Assembly (NCBI GenBank): GCA_950097015.1
Contig: CATNEN010000007.1
Span: 1,860,001-1,924,000, forward strand
Source of the DNA: Macrostomum hystrix
Lineage: Eukaryota; Animalia; Platyhelminthes
Reading direction: 5' to 3'
Length of the DNA: 64,000 nucleotides
The stretch's first letter is position 1, and the number at the start of each line of letters is the position of its first letter. A program made the position numbers and the translations under genes. Under the pieces are notes generated by a model. The model searched no databases and was not told where the DNA came from. It saw only the letters and a program-made list of their open reading frames with translations. Positions 34,993-49,018 of the stretch are shown in pieces.

Positions 34993-37900
34993 TCACACAA
35001 AGCTGGCCTGCACTGACGGAAATGGCTTTCCATTGTGCATATCCTGATTATCGATGCCGACTCTCAGTGTCCTGGTGCTCTGCCTCCGGCGATCGTTGCG
35101 TCCTCGAAGCTGCTGCTGCTGATCGAAGCAGTTTTCATATGGTTGATGATTGGCCGCGGGCAGCTGGTCGTGCAGCAGGTCCGACTCCGACTTGTGCAGT
35201 GAGCGCCTCTGGCCCTGCACGTCCAGCAGCATCGATGGTCGCTCTACCGGTGGGGACAGCTGCTGCTGAAGCTGCTGCTGCAGACGGCGCGGGTTCGGCC
35301 GCTGGCTATGGTACAGGCTCTGATAGTGCCTGTGGCTTATGCCACCGCTGTAGACTCCGCTGTCGTCGCAGTTGGCCGCCATCTGCATCGACTGCGGAGT
35401 CGGTGTCGGCTGCGGCTCCTCGCGCAGGTAGATGGCTCGCTGATGATCCAGGGTTCTGAACGGAAAGTATTCTGGAATTTGATTCAGTTGGAATGATTAT
35501 TCTTCTTGTGAACAAACTGTCTGACACATACTCATATTGAGCGATCCGACTGAACAAATCGATTGTCTTAATAGCGTGGTCTTTTCCCAGGTGGTGAAAT
35601 AGCGTGGTCTTTTCCCAGGTGGGGAAATGGCGTGGTCTTTTCCCAGGTGGGGAAATGGCGTGGTCTTTTCCCAGGTGGGGAAATAGCGTGGTCTTTTCCC
35701 AGGTGGGGAAATAGCGTGGTCTTTTCCCAGGTGGGCAAATAGCGTGGTCTTTTCCCAGGTGGGCAAATAGCGTGGTCTTTTCCCAGGTGGGCAAATAGCG
35801 TGGTCTTTTCCCAGGTGGGGAAATAGCGTGGTCTTTTCCCAGGTGGAGAAATAGCGTGGTCTTTTCCCAGGTGGGGAAATAGCGTGGTCTTTTCCCAGGT
35901 GGAGAAATAGCGTGGTCTTTTCCCAGGTGGGGAAATAGCGTGGTCTTTCTACTGTTATAATTTTAACGCTCGGCAATAAAATTGTCTAATACATGTCAAA
36001 TTCGTGAGTTATACTTAAATACCACGTGATATACAGCTGTGATCACCCAAGATTAATACGAGCGTACAAGAGAAGTAACCCTAGACACACATTGAGTCGC
36101 TATTTAATATCTACTCTTATTGATCGCCTAATGAGCTAAAGGCTAAGCGTATAAGGATTTTTCTATCGGGAGCGAGTGATCGAGCCATCAACTGAAAAAA
36201 TATCGCCTTGACCGATATCCTGTAAGCTTCTTTAACGGGAAGTCGATTACTCTCCGATTACTCCGCGCAATGTAGTGAATATTTCCCAATAAGGGATGAT
36301 TATATACGCGGTCTTTTTATCCCCACGCCGAAATCCCATGGACTCGCGGTCAGCTGCTCAACTGTGCGTTTCCAGCTGCTCTAGGGCCGATAATGATTTG
36401 GTTTCTCCTTAACTTTTTATCTTGATACTGCAGCTCATTTACGGAGCTGCAAGCCTTATATAGTATGAGCCACCATCTGCCAGTGCCATATCTTTCTTTC
36501 GGTCAGAGCTGTGAAAAATTTGGCGCTCCCGCAGATAAGGTGCGGATTAAGGCCTGTGCAAACACGGAAGGTGGCTGGCTGATGTGCTTCGCCGAGAATA
36601 AAATATGGATTTTTATATCTGCTTCTGAGAAATCGCTTTTTTAACTAAAAATAATTCCCTTTCAAATAGCGCTTACTGAAACAAGCTTGTCAAACCACAA
36701 ACCCATAGTGCTTGCCACAGACAGACTGTTGCCAAACTAATCAAATGAAAAAGCACGAGACAAATTATCTTTGAGTCTGAAAACTTGTGGCTAATTTAAA
36801 GCGGAATGGACGTAGGAAGTATGCTTGAAGACATTCGCAGCTTAGACATACGAGAGGATCACACCAAGCAATGACCATTGAATCCAGACTCAATACATTC
36901 TCCCTTCTTTGAAATCCCCTCGATTGCCATATCCTCTTCTTTGCTGACAATTCTCTCTTATTTAGCTTCATTCTTGGTCATTTTAGACCTGCTTTCTCTC
37001 CTGACACCCTAGCTACTCTCTCCTGACACCCTAGCTACTGTCTCTCCTGACACCCTAGCTACTGTCTCTCCTGACACCCTAGCTACTGTCTCTCCTGACA
37101 CCCAAGCTACTGTCTCTCCTGACACCCTAGCTACTCTCTCCTGACACCCTAGCTACTGTCTCTCCTGACACCCTAGCTACTGTCTCTCCTGACACCCTAG
37201 CTACTGTCTCTCCTGACACCCTAGCTACTCTCTCCTGACACCCTAGCTACTGTCTCTCCTGACACCCTAGCTACTGTCTCTCCTGACACCCTAGCTACTG
37301 TCTCTCCTGACACCCTAGCTACTGTCTCTCCTGACACCCAAGCTACTGTCTCTCCTGACACCCTAGCTACTGTCTCTCCTGACACCCAAGCTACTGTCTC
37401 TCCTGACACCCAAGCTACTGTCTCTCCTGACACCCTAGCTACTGTCTCTCCTGACACCCAAGCTACTGTCTCTCCTGACACCCTAGCTACTGTCTCTCCT
37501 GACACCCAAGCTACTGTCTCTCCTGACACCCTAGCTACTGTCTCTCCTGACACCCTAGCTACTGTCTCTCCTGACACCCTAGCTACTGTCTCTCCTGACA
37601 TTTTACTGTCTTTCCTGACATCCTACTCTCTCTCCAGTCATCCTACTTTCTTTCCTGACACACAACATCCTTTTTCTTGACATCCTACTCTCTCTCCAGT
37701 CATCCTACTTTCTTTCCTGACACACAACATCCTTTTTCTTGACATCCTACTCTCTCTCCAGTAATCCTACTTTCTTTCCTGACACAACATTCTCTTTACT
37801 GACATCCTACTTTCTCTCTCCTGACATCCTACTTTTTCTCCTAACTTCCTACTTTCTCTCTACTGACATCCTACTTTCTCTCTCCTGACAATCCTACTTT

Positions 37901-40900
37901 CTCTCCTGACATCCTACTTTCTCTCCTGACATCCTACTTTCTTTCTCCTGACATCCTACTTTCTTTCTCCTGACATCCTACTTTCTCTCTCCTGACATCC
38001 TACTTTCTCTCTCCTGACATCCTACTTTCTCTCCTGACATCCTACTTTCTCTGTCCTGACATCCTACTTTCTCTCTCCTGACATCCTACTTTCTCTCCTG
38101 ACACCCTACTTTCTCTCTCCTGACATCCTACTTTCTCTATAGAAAGTAGCTGTTTGACTGAAGCAATCTGAAACCAAATTGCATTGGCTGAATTGCAATT
38201 TTACTTCTCTTCCTAAGCATTCAAATCCCAAATCCCAGCTATCCATGTTATTTGAATTTCTCTAACACACATTATCCTCTAAAGAAGTTAAATAAGAGCA
38301 AATAAGGCGACCATTGCTTCTTTGCAGTTAAAAGCAACCGAGGAAGTCAGAGTTCATTCCACTCTCCTTGCCGTGCTTGTATCTTGTCTCTACAATTTTC
38401 GAGTTTATATAAAAGCATGGCGGCTCTTGCCATTATCCTATTTATCTGCTGCCCCCGCCCTGCTTGGCTGAATGCTTAATCCCATTAATCCCCCGTGTCT
38501 TTTCCTATAGACTATGTTGCGGGAAGAGAGGGGGCCAGTGGGAGCTACCTATACTGCCCATCTATCTGGATGCGGAAAAATCCCCTATAAGAAAAAATAT
38601 CCCGTTTTGCCACTTTTTCCCCTATATTTTCTCAACCCCGTCCCAGCGGTTGATAATGGGCATCTCGCGGCCCACCCGCTACTATTCACGCATTTGAGTA
38701 TATTTATTTATCATTATTATCATCAATAGTGGAGTTGAGCTTGGAACCGCTGGGCCGTCATCCTCGCAGCGATCACGCAGACGGCTCTTATCAGTTCAGG
38801 ATGAGGAAATAGGTGGATTACCAGAGGGGGAGCGGAGAGCTCGGACTCTCAGAGTGAGACCATCTGCGCTGTGGCGACTCAACAAGTGAATAAAATGCTG
38901 GCTATAAGATGAGTTTGTGACTGGCATTGACTGACTGACTGATGCATGCCATCCACTTTTAGGGGCCGATAGATAATCTCTCGTCCGGCTTTCAACCTTA
39001 CGGAAGTCCTAATTAATGTGCTCAGCTCTCAGTATACAGTAGGCCTATGCTGTGAGACCATTTATTATAATCCTGAATCTTCTTGCGTGGATCGGGGACG
39101 GACCTGTAGGCTGCAGAAACCTGATCTCTGATCATGCGGGGCTTCCTTCTAGTAGCACGGAAATCTTTCAGGCCGACCGAACGGATAAATTGTCAATTAT
39201 AGCAGGCTTTGTCATAGCTGTTCACCGGGATTTCAGGCAGGCCTGATGGTGGTGCTTAACCTGTGAGCTGCACAGCAATGGGATTATTGTTAATCTGCGA
39301 GGCCGCCTATGGAGATTAGAATGAGCCAATACCTAACCTAGCCACACACCTGCATTGTGAGGAGGTTCTCAAAAATATGTGGCGTGTGAAAATCGAGATT
39401 GCAAAATAATTTTTCCGGCAGGTAGCTTTTGTCTACCGCTGATTTTGCTGAGAGCTTTTGAGCTTTGAGCACACCTCCATTGCTGAAATGGCCGATGAAT
39501 TCATCAAGACGAAATGAAATTTCTAGGTTTAGAGTCCATTAAAATATTTAATAGTTTCATCAGTAGAGCATTTATTACGTGAAGCTTCTATTTTAATACT
39601 TTTATTTGAGACCTTTTTGCTAAATTAACAGTTTTGAACCTTTGCAAAGGGCCAAATATTTTTTTCGTACTTATTTCTACATTATTAGGCTTATTCAGGA
39701 CCAACAATGCGGCTGACTTGACGGGCTAAGCTTGTCGGTGGAGATGAATGTGAGCTCAGGTCTCTATTGAAATAGTAGAAGAATGAAGGGGCGCATTTAA
39801 CAGGTTCCACTTCTTGCCCACCTGGGATTTCACCTCCCAAGCAGGGAAGAGGGGAAGGTTGGTGAAATTTTCTTTCCAAAAATGACAAATGGGCTCCCAG
39901 CAGCGCTATGGGCCCCGTATCCTCCCACCGGGGGGATGATACAGGTGGTTGAAGATGAAGGGGCCGGAGGCTGGTTCAGCGCCCGCGCATCCGTCCGCTC
40001 CACGCCAGGCGCTTGGCCGCGGTGAGAAAGTGCGAAAGCTTTTGACTGATGGGGCAGCTGGGATTTATTAGCTAAATTGAATGATTGATTGGGACCCAAA
40101 GATGGGTCTCCCGTTCCCCGCCAGGACTTAGGGGGAAAAATAGCCAGAAAGAAGCCAAAAAATATGACAAAGCGCAAAGTGCCTACCGAGCAGTTACCGG
40201 CAGGTAAAAATTCTTCCCTAAATCTCCCAATTCCGCCAGACTTAGGGAACAGAGTTGTCCCACGGGGTAGGGAAAATTCTGGGCAGTATTTTTCTTGCGC
40301 GAGAGTTTTTCATCTTAAAACTAATGTTCTTGCTTCCTTTTGCAACAGAATCAGTCAAGTTGCGGACAAAAAATGCAGTGCTGCAGACAAGTATTCATGC
40401 ATTGCGCTGTCAAATATCTTCAGATATACCCGTGCTATTCAGTTCAATGCAGCAAAGTGTTCGTTAATTTATATGTTTAAACACTTTAGTCAAATTTACA
40501 TGCTGTAATCTTGCCTTTCTGTGACTAAATTATCTCAATACCCTAAGCTAGCCGGATGAAAGCAGCCATCAAAATGAGGTCTTACCAAGGTCATGCTGCT
40601 CAGAGCACAGCTGATTGGCGTCGGCCATCATGTATCGGCGTGGAGCCTGAAGGAAAAAATAAGTTAACAGCACATTGTCTTAAGAAAAAAGAAATTGTAT
40701 GGAATTTTCAGCGCGCAATTAAAAAATAATAATAACGCCCACGTCGTGCCTTTTAACTTCTCTCCACTGATTGGCTGACAATCCAACTCACACCATTCCA
40801 CCCTTCTTCACTGATTGGCTGACAACCCAACTCACACCATTCCACCCTTCTTCACTGATTGGCTGAAAACCCAACTCACAACATTCCACCCTTCTTCATT

Positions 40901-43900
40901 TACTGGCTAACACCTCAACTCACAACATTCCACTCTTCTTCTTCGTCTATTGGCTAACACCCCAACTCAAAACATTCCACCCTTCTTCACTGATTGGCTG
41001 ACAACCCAACTCACAACATTCCACCCTCTTCGTTTATTGGCTGACACCCCAACTCGCACCATTCCACCCTCTTCGTTTATTGGTTACTGTTAATTTCGCT
41101 ATACTTTTTCTTAGAAAACGCATCAAGCGCTTTTCGTATTTTGTTTGTTTGTTCTAAGAATATAGACATTTCTGGCGGAGAAAAACGTTTGCAAATCTTT
41201 CCAGTTTCCTTAAATTTACACAGTTTCTCCATTTTTATCATGATTTATCCGCATTTTATCATCAACTGGGAAACCCATTTCGTGACGTATAATAGGTGAG
41301 AAAGCGCTCGGCAACTCTTTAAAGAGAGATGCAACGCTGAGAGCAGCCTATATAAAAACAAACTCTCAGTTCCATTGTGCCAGCTCATCAGCCATTGTCT
41401 TCGGGCCTCAGTAAAACCCATCTGAGTCTGTCACCCAACCCCATCCTCAGCACCTGCTGTGGAGAGCTAAGTTTCGAGACACTTTGAACTGCTGCAGTTC
41501 AGCAACGAAATGGGAGAATGGGAACTGAGGGGAGAGAATGGCCCGGGTGGTTTCCCATTGGTTTGAATGCGGCATCACGCCTCCAGTAAAAAATGCCGTC
41601 TCTCTAGCTGAAGCCGGCCAGAACAAAGGCATGCCCAGCAGTCCTAAGCCCCAGGTGTTGCTCATAAATGATTCATCACAAAATTCCCCTCAGCTTTTGA
41701 ATGAGACAGGGCATAGCGGGCGGCGCTTTTAACACTGCGCAAGTGTGAACTGCTATTTGCCCAGCACCCAAAGCCTCTATTGATGGGACAAACAAAGCAA
41801 ATCTCCGTCTTTAGGTGTGTTTGGGGAGGTTCTTGCATCAAATTGGCCCCATGGACTATGGCACCGGGTTTCCTGCTTTGTGAATATTAAGTGTGAGATA
41901 AAGAGGAAGGAATATCTAAAAGTCTATTCAGTTAGATATGAGGCGGTTTGGGCATGGAATAAAAAACTGCTCGACAATAAGTTACTAAGGGGTGGCCTTG
42001 GAGAGATTAGAGAGAATACGAGCTAGATAAAATTCGCTAAACTTTGTCTGCAACAAAATGTATCCCTTGGATTCGTTTCTACCTGTCGGAGCTCTTCTAA
42101 AAGTGGGGAGGTGGTTAATCGATTGACTACTCAATGAGGATGAAGAGAAGATGAATGAGCTCAAGCAGAAGAGTCTTGAGAACTGGTTGAATTGGCCTGC
42201 TGCTGCTGCTGCTGAAGAAATCAATAGTGCCCCCGAGCTCGTGTCCTTTTGACCGGCCGCAGAATAATGGCAAAATGCCAAGCATTGCCAGCTTGCGGCC
42301 TTTATAACCAAATTAGAAAATTTGAAAAATTCTGCGAAAATTCCAGCTAGCAAAAAATAGCGAACCGCCCCTGGTTGCTTCAAGTGAGGAAATGGGAAAA
42401 TAGATTTTTCAGCATTGCAAAAGAAACATTTGCTTCCTAGAGAAAAGCAGTTTGGAAGACAGTCTGGCTACTAGAAGAAAGCCAAGCCCCAACTTTGCCG
42501 CAGGATTTTAGCGAAATCCCACTAAAAAGTCTTCTTCTAGCAGCAGACCCTAGCCAGGAAAGTCCTATAGGTAAAAATATATATATCCATTTCTCTTCTT
42601 GACACAGTTCCGCGCTGTAAGGCACCCCCAATCAAGTTGTCCCAGGCGACCATGCAATCATGAATTTGGCATTCATTCCGGCCCTGCAGCTATCACGGCA
42701 AGTTGGTATTGGGTCTGTTATCTTCCGCGAGCCAAACACAGAATAGTCGAGGCAAAAGCAAGAATGGGTCATAGCAGACACTCCCCGCGCCCATCCCAAT
42801 CCCTGGAAGTAAAACATTTCTTTTGCTTTAGGCGGCAGCCTTTTTATGCTGAATTAATTTGGTGTCCAGAGGCCACAGAGACAGAGGCTGGGTATCCCCA
42901 TCTGTGTGCGCATCAGCCAACAGAATGGGCATGCAAGCATCTGACTGGTGCCATCGGTATCGGTAAAATCGGTGGAGCTAATGGCGAACACTTTGTTAAA
43001 ACAGACTATTTGGGTCGCTTTGGGTCAGAGTATGAATGAGCACTTGAACTGAAGTGTTCTGACAGCATTTTTATAGGCTGGTGGTGTAAGTGGCCAGGTT
43101 TAGTTGCATTATGTCATTCTATAATGTCAGGTAAAATTTGCTCATGGACATATAATATACAGCATCACGGACAAGATAAGCTTTGGGCATGATTCAATTG
43201 AGTAGAATATAATTGAATATATACTATTGAGTTATGATACCAATAAAATTAGTAATGATAATGATACACCTGCCCCAATCGGTCAGCCGACAGCACAGCC
43301 GCTGCTATTGCGTTGCGCATCTGAAGGCTGCTTACGGCTGTTCAGTCCATGGACTGGGGGACGCCACACCCACCCTCAATTACCCCAGCTAATGCTGGTA
43401 CCCATTTAACAGCTGGGTGAACTGAAGCAATGCAGATTTAATTGTCTTGCTGAAGGACAGTTGGAGTCGGGAATCGAGTCCTCGACCTTCAAGTTATTGA
43501 GTCCGATGTCCGCCTTTAACCACTAAGCTACAATCCCTTTATTAACGTAACTGTGGAAAAAATAGCTTTAGAAATCATCACGTCTAAATAGAGAAGTCCA
43601 GTACGTATTTAAAACTGCCATTTTATTGTGAACTTTCGGAAATGAACACAAACCAGGCTGCCAAATGTCAGATGGAGACAGGCAGTGAGATCGGATTGAG
43701 TTCGGCAGAGCGGAATCGAAATTTCAGCTGGATCGATTTTATTCAAATTCTGCCTTTGGTGCCAGGGTCAACTTGGCTGGGGCTTGGCTGTGTCACGCTG
43801 ATGGCTCAGAGAGAGTATGGCCATCACTCCAACTTATGAAGTGAGGGCATGACCTAAAGCTGATCATAGCTCGCTTGTTCATAACAGCTTAAGACCTGTC

Positions 43901-46900
43901 CCTATGACCTGGGAACACCTGTTCCTATGACCTGGGAACCCCTGTTCCTATGACCTGGGAACCCCTGTTCCTATGACCTGGGAACCCTGTTCCTATGACC
44001 TGGGAACCCCTGTTCCTATGACCTGGGAACCCCTGTTCCTATGACCTGGGAACCCTGTTCCTATGACCTGGGAACCCCTGTTCCTATGACCTGGGAACCC
44101 CTGTTCCTATGACCTGGGAACCCCTGTTCCTATGACCTGGGAACCCCTGTTCCTATGACTTGGGAACCCCTGTTCCTATGACCTGGGAACCCCGGTCCCT
44201 TAATTTAAACACCTGTTCCAATGACCTGGGTTAAAATAACATCCTATATTTCTATAAATTTCTAAAACACCTGTTCCTTAATGTTGGAAACACCTGTTCC
44301 TAATGTTTGAAACACCTGTTCCTAATGTTTGAAACACCTGTTCCTGATCTTCTTCATCTTCAGCTTCTTCTAGAAGACAGGAAGGAATATAAATTTCAAT
44401 TACTCCTGTACTTAACTGGCATTTGCTAATTTGGCTAATTTATTAATTAGTCCCAGTAATTAGCTAATTTCTTGAGCTAATAGGATGCAAAGTTTGAAGT
44501 GGGCCAAGCACTTCAGCGCCCCTTGCTAATTTTATAATTACGATAGCAAATTTAGTCTGTTAAATAATTGACATTACACTCAGAGCACCAATTGTTTCTG
44601 AGCACACGTTTAATTTCATTTTTATTAGTTGCATCTCAATTTCACTGAAGCCACTCTGGACTCACTCACAGTAGATTCCTAGTGGCTACTCAACACTCAG
44701 TGGCGATTGTTCCACAGGGCATGGCAACCCCAGAACTGCTAATAATATTCCACTTTGATATGATTCAGTATCATCTATTTGCTATTCATTCCAGCATAGT
44801 GTAACTTTGAAATTTTATATTTTACGGATCATTTTATTTATTGAATTTACTCTCTAAGTTGGTCTATACCCATTTCAATTTGAACTCATTCGGTGGGTCA
44901 TTGCCCTCCCTAATTGAGTCATTTGGACTAGTCATTACCCTCCCTGATTGGGTCATTTGGACTAGTCATTACCCTCCCAGTCATATGGATTGGTCATTAA
45001 CACCCAATCTAGTCATTTGGAGGGTCATTAACACCCAATCTAGTTATTTGGATTGGTCATTTCCCTCATCTTGAGTCTATTCAAAGACAATTGTCCCACT
45101 TCGGAAGGAAAAATATGTTTATGTGGCCTCCTTATGCCAATGATTTTTTATGCAGCCAATTTTCCCCTATAAGCACGCATCGAAATCCCATTCTGAGCAG
45201 ACCTCATGCTGATAACCTACCTGACTCAGAGGCCTGGACTCAGAGCGAAGCGGATCATGCAGCTGCTGCTGCTGCTGCGCCGACAAATCGGTCTGACCCG
45301 GCTTGATGCCGAGAAACGCCGCCGGATCCGCCGGGCCGCCCTTCTGTCGAACCCGCCTGGAAGCCGCGCCCGCCTGACCGCCGGCCGGCCTCCCAAAACA
45401 GGCGCCGAGGACGTCTGGCACGAAGCTGGGAGCCGAGTGCCAGTGCCTGGCGTACAGCAGCAGCAGCATGGTTGCCAATAGCAACAGCAGGGCGAACACG
45501 CCGACTACGGCCAGGACAACCGTGTCGCCGAGCTGCTGCTGCTGCTGCCGCGGTCTTCGCTGCTGACGGTCGACTCCGTCCGCACCGTTAGGCGGCAGCA
45601 TCGGTGGTTGCGCCTTCGAGTTGGCGCCTCCCCTGTCAGCGCCGCGGCTTCTCGGCTCCGAGTCGTCGATGGTCACGTCGAAGACGCACTCCGTTGAGAG
45701 CTGGCGCGGCTGACCGGCGTCGGTGGCTGTCACCGTCAGGCGCCGAACACCCCGATCCCAACTGGTCATCCGCAGCGCCACGCGGACCTCACCGCCACTG
45801 GAATCAACGCTGAACAGTTGCTGCCGGGCTGGCTGCCCCGGCATCGCGGCCGAGTCGTCTCTCAGGCTGAACTGGAAGCGCCCGTTGCCAGATTTGTCCC
45901 AGTCGTCGTCCTTGGCGTTGACCTTCAGCACCGTGTAGCCAACCGGCTCCCGCCAGGAAACGCTGTGATTTCTCAGCGAGCCAAGAACAATGGAACTTCG
46001 GTTCGGAGCTCCCACCGGGCCTCCACCGCCGCCGCCTCCGCACGGGTAGAAAATCTGAGGCGGATGTTCGTTGACATCTTCAACAATGACCGTGACGGTG
46101 GCGCTAGTTGAGAACTGACCGTCGCTGGCCAGCAGCAGGAATCGATACTCGGCCTGGCGCTCGGCGTCCAGCCGGTCCGTGGCCTCGATTAGAAACTCGT
46201 CCGGGTCGACGACCGCTCCGCCGCCGCCGAGTCCGGCATCTCCACCAAGCGTCGGCCGAACCTGGAACGGCAGGCGACCCGTGGACGCCGAGCCGGGCGC
46301 TGGCGCCAGCGACACTCGCCTCCTTCGACGATGCCAGTCGGCGTCGGAGCCGTAGTCGGCGTCGACAATCCGTAGCCGACCAACTGCCGCTCCGGCGGGA
46401 TTGTTCTCAGTCAGCCGGAACTCCAGCCCGCCGGTCAGCGAAGTCGAGCCAGCCGTGGTCAGCGGCACGATGACTGGCGGATTGTCGTTCTCGTCAATCA
46501 GGCGGATGCGCAGGGTCAGGACAGAGCTCATCGGCGTCGGGCTGCCGCGATCCCGCGCCATCACCAACACTCGGAAACTGTCTATGGGTGGAATGGAGGC
46601 CTCGCGATCAAGCTGCCGTCGAGTGACGAGGTGGCCGTCCGGCAGCACCTGGAAGGCGTCCAGAGCGGCCGCCTCGGTGCCGGACGCGTCGATGCTGAAG
46701 TCCACCGTGCCGTTGTCGCCAAAGTCCAAATCGTAGGCGTCGATTTTGGCGACTCGGTAGCCGGCCTCGCGATTCTCCGGCACGCTCGCGGTTGGCGCGT
46801 CGTCCGCGACTCCAGCGACAGTGCTGGAAGACTTCAGTCGCATCGTCGGCGCATTGTCGTTGATGTCGCTAATCAGTACGGTGGCGTTAACGGTACGCGA

Positions 46901-49018
46901 GTTCGCCGGCTTGCCACCGTCCCGGCAGACGATGCCGACGCTGAGTTTGACGACCTCTCGCCGAGCAGCCAGGGGCCCGAGGCTCAGGTGGGTCTCCCGG
47001 TCCAGTCCCGGCCCGCCGTCCCTGGTGCCCAGGTAGAAACGCCAGCGCTGCGGCTGCTGTGACGAAGCTGAAGGCAGGCGGGCCGTGCCGGAGCCGGCGG
47101 CTGGCATCAGCTCGAACACTTCGCGATGCCGCTGGTCGTCGATCTCGCAGGAGACGCGCCCGTTGTCGCCGCGGTCCCGGTCTGTGGCCTGCAGCGCAGC
47201 CAGAGTCCGGCCGCGCCGGTCGTTCTCCGTCACCTGCCGTGTGGAATAGAATAGAGTACAATAGAGTAGAATAGAATAGAAATGAGTAGAATAGAATAGA
47301 GTAGAATAGAACAGAATAGAATGGAATAGAAAGAAATAGAATGGAACGGAATAGAATAGAGTAGAATGGAATAGGATTCAATATAGAAGAAACTCATTGC
47401 GCCTAAGCACGGTTGCCCAGACGTACAGCCAGTGGCAGAGCCGAAGGCTACTTAAAGTCTGTCACAGCATTCCGCTGACTCACCTCTGCCGCACCGTCGA
47501 GATAATCGAGCTGCAACTGCGGCACCTCGTCGTTCTCGTCCACCACCAGCACGGTGACGGTGGCCGTTGCCAGGCGGTTGTCGCCCGCGGCCCCGGCTGA
47601 TCCCGGCGAGACCCGAATCGGCGTGGGATTCCTGGCGATCACCGCCAGCTCGAAGGACTCCCTGGCCTCGTAGTCCAGACTGCGGCGCAGGCAGATCAGC
47701 CCCCTGTCAGGCGACACCAGGAAGCTCTCAGCCGCAGCCTGGAGGTCGGGCTGGTGCGGGTCCAGCTCGTAGATGACTCGGCCGTTTTCGCCATAGTCAG
47801 GATCAGAGGCCACCAGGCGGGTCGGGCAGCCGCCCGGCTGGTCGGATTCGCGAACCCGCACAGTCACGTGACCCACCGGGTGAAACTGAGGCCGGTTGTC
47901 GTTGACGTCCGTGACGTTGATGACTAAACGCAGGCTGGCGTTCTGGCCGTCCCGATCCGAAGCAATCTGGGATAAATGGGTCATGAGAAGGGCCACGGAT
48001 TAGCTCATGAGCTGTGGTCATAAGAGGAGGAGAGCAGTGGATGAGGAATTGTGTATGAGTATTAGGAAAATGCTTGACTCTGCCCCAGGACGGTGATTGG
48101 TCGGCGAGGGAGTTGGGGTGGGGGCTGGGTGGGTGGTGTCGGTCGGGTCATACCTCTCCCCACCCCTACACACCAACCCCTCATACTCTTCCCAGCCCTA
48201 CGCTCGTACATGCCGACCCCTCATACTCCTCCCTACCCCTACACACTGTACCCACCCACCCCCACCCCACCTCCTTCACCGACCAATCACCGCCCTGTGG
48301 CAGAGTGGAGCATTTTCCTACTACTTGCGGTTCCCACCAGTGCGAGGTTGTGCACGGCGGCGGTCTCCCTGTCCAGCCTGTCCAGCAGCTCCAAGAACAG
48401 CTGGGCGATGCGGGATCCCCGGCCGCCACCGGCCCGATCCTCGCGCAGGCCGAAGAGTCCGTTGCTAGGCAGCAGCGAGTAGCCGGAAACCGCGTTGACG
48501 TCAGCGTCTGGATCCACCGCCAGCGGCAGGCGCACCAGATGGCCCGGCTGGGAATCCTCGCTGATGACGATACGGCGTTCAGTTTCCCGGAAGCTGGGCC
48601 GGTGGTCGTTGATGTCGCGCAGGCCGACAATGATGGAGACTTCGCGCGGAGCTCCTGGATGCCGACGATCAAGAAAGTGCAGCGTCAGGGCGCAGACGTC
48701 AGCGGCCGAGTCGCAGCAGAGCCGGTTATCGGCGCACATGGCCTCTCGATCGAGGCGCTTCTTGACCAGCAGCTCGGGCTGGCCTGAGCCGTCACGGAGC
48801 CGGTACTCAAAGTACGGGTCCGGCGGAGTCATTGCGCAACAGCCGGGAATGTCGAGGCCACGATGGGCCAGGGCGTTGCGAAGCTCCGCCGGCTGACTGC
48901 CCTCCGGCAGCTCTTCGTCGATGGTGGCGTCTGGCGCGATGGTTGCTGCTGCTGCTGTTGCTGCTATGGCTACTAGGAGCAGAATTTTCTGTTTTAGAAG
49001 ACGGAATTGAGATAGCAT
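34993..49018 (-). CDS. Protocadherin with seven cadherin repeats (delta1-like), about 1290 aa
   Basis: Exons 49018-48338, 47966-47484 and 47233-45221 are firm and encode the signal peptide, 7 EC repeats (LDRE, DxNDxxP) and the TM segment. Exons 40057-39834 and 35455-34993 are inferred from phase compatibility (0/2, then 2/stop). Confidence 0.88.
35570..35948. repeat. 28-bp minisatellite (CCCAGGTGGGGAAATAGCGTGGTCTTTT)
   Basis: About 13 tandem copies. Confidence 0.96.
36993..38135. repeat. 24-bp minisatellite (TCTCCTGACACCCTAGCTACTGTC) grading into a ~22-bp degenerate relative
   Basis: Homogeneous to about 37600, then TCTCCTGACATCCTACTTTCTC-type units. Confidence 0.95.
40765..41085. repeat. 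44-bp minisatellite containing ATTGG (CCAAT on the - strand), about 7 copies
   Basis: Unit CTGATTGGCTGACAACCCAACTCACACCATTCCACCCTTCTTCA. Confidence 0.93.
43270..43530 (-). mobile_element. CORE-type tRNA-derived SINE, family A, best copy
   Basis: On the - strand: GTAGCTTAGTGGTTAAAG (A box), ACTCGATTCCCG (B-box-like), then TGTCCTTCAGCAAGACAATTAA...CTTCAGTTCACCCAGCTGTTAAATGGGTACC resembling the MIR/CORE domain, then a tail. Confidence 0.75.
43895..44195. repeat. 23-bp minisatellite (CCCCTGTTCCTATGACCTGGGAA)
   Basis: About 13 tandem copies. Confidence 0.95.
47245..47385. repeat. (TAGAA)n microsatellite in protocadherin intron 2
   Basis: Visible pentamer run. Confidence 0.9.

Noticed and set aside
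41400-42400. Further protocadherin tail exons (Gln/Ala-rich stretches); also 38730-38900
   Set aside because: No consistent acceptor, donor and phase combination without stops could be established.
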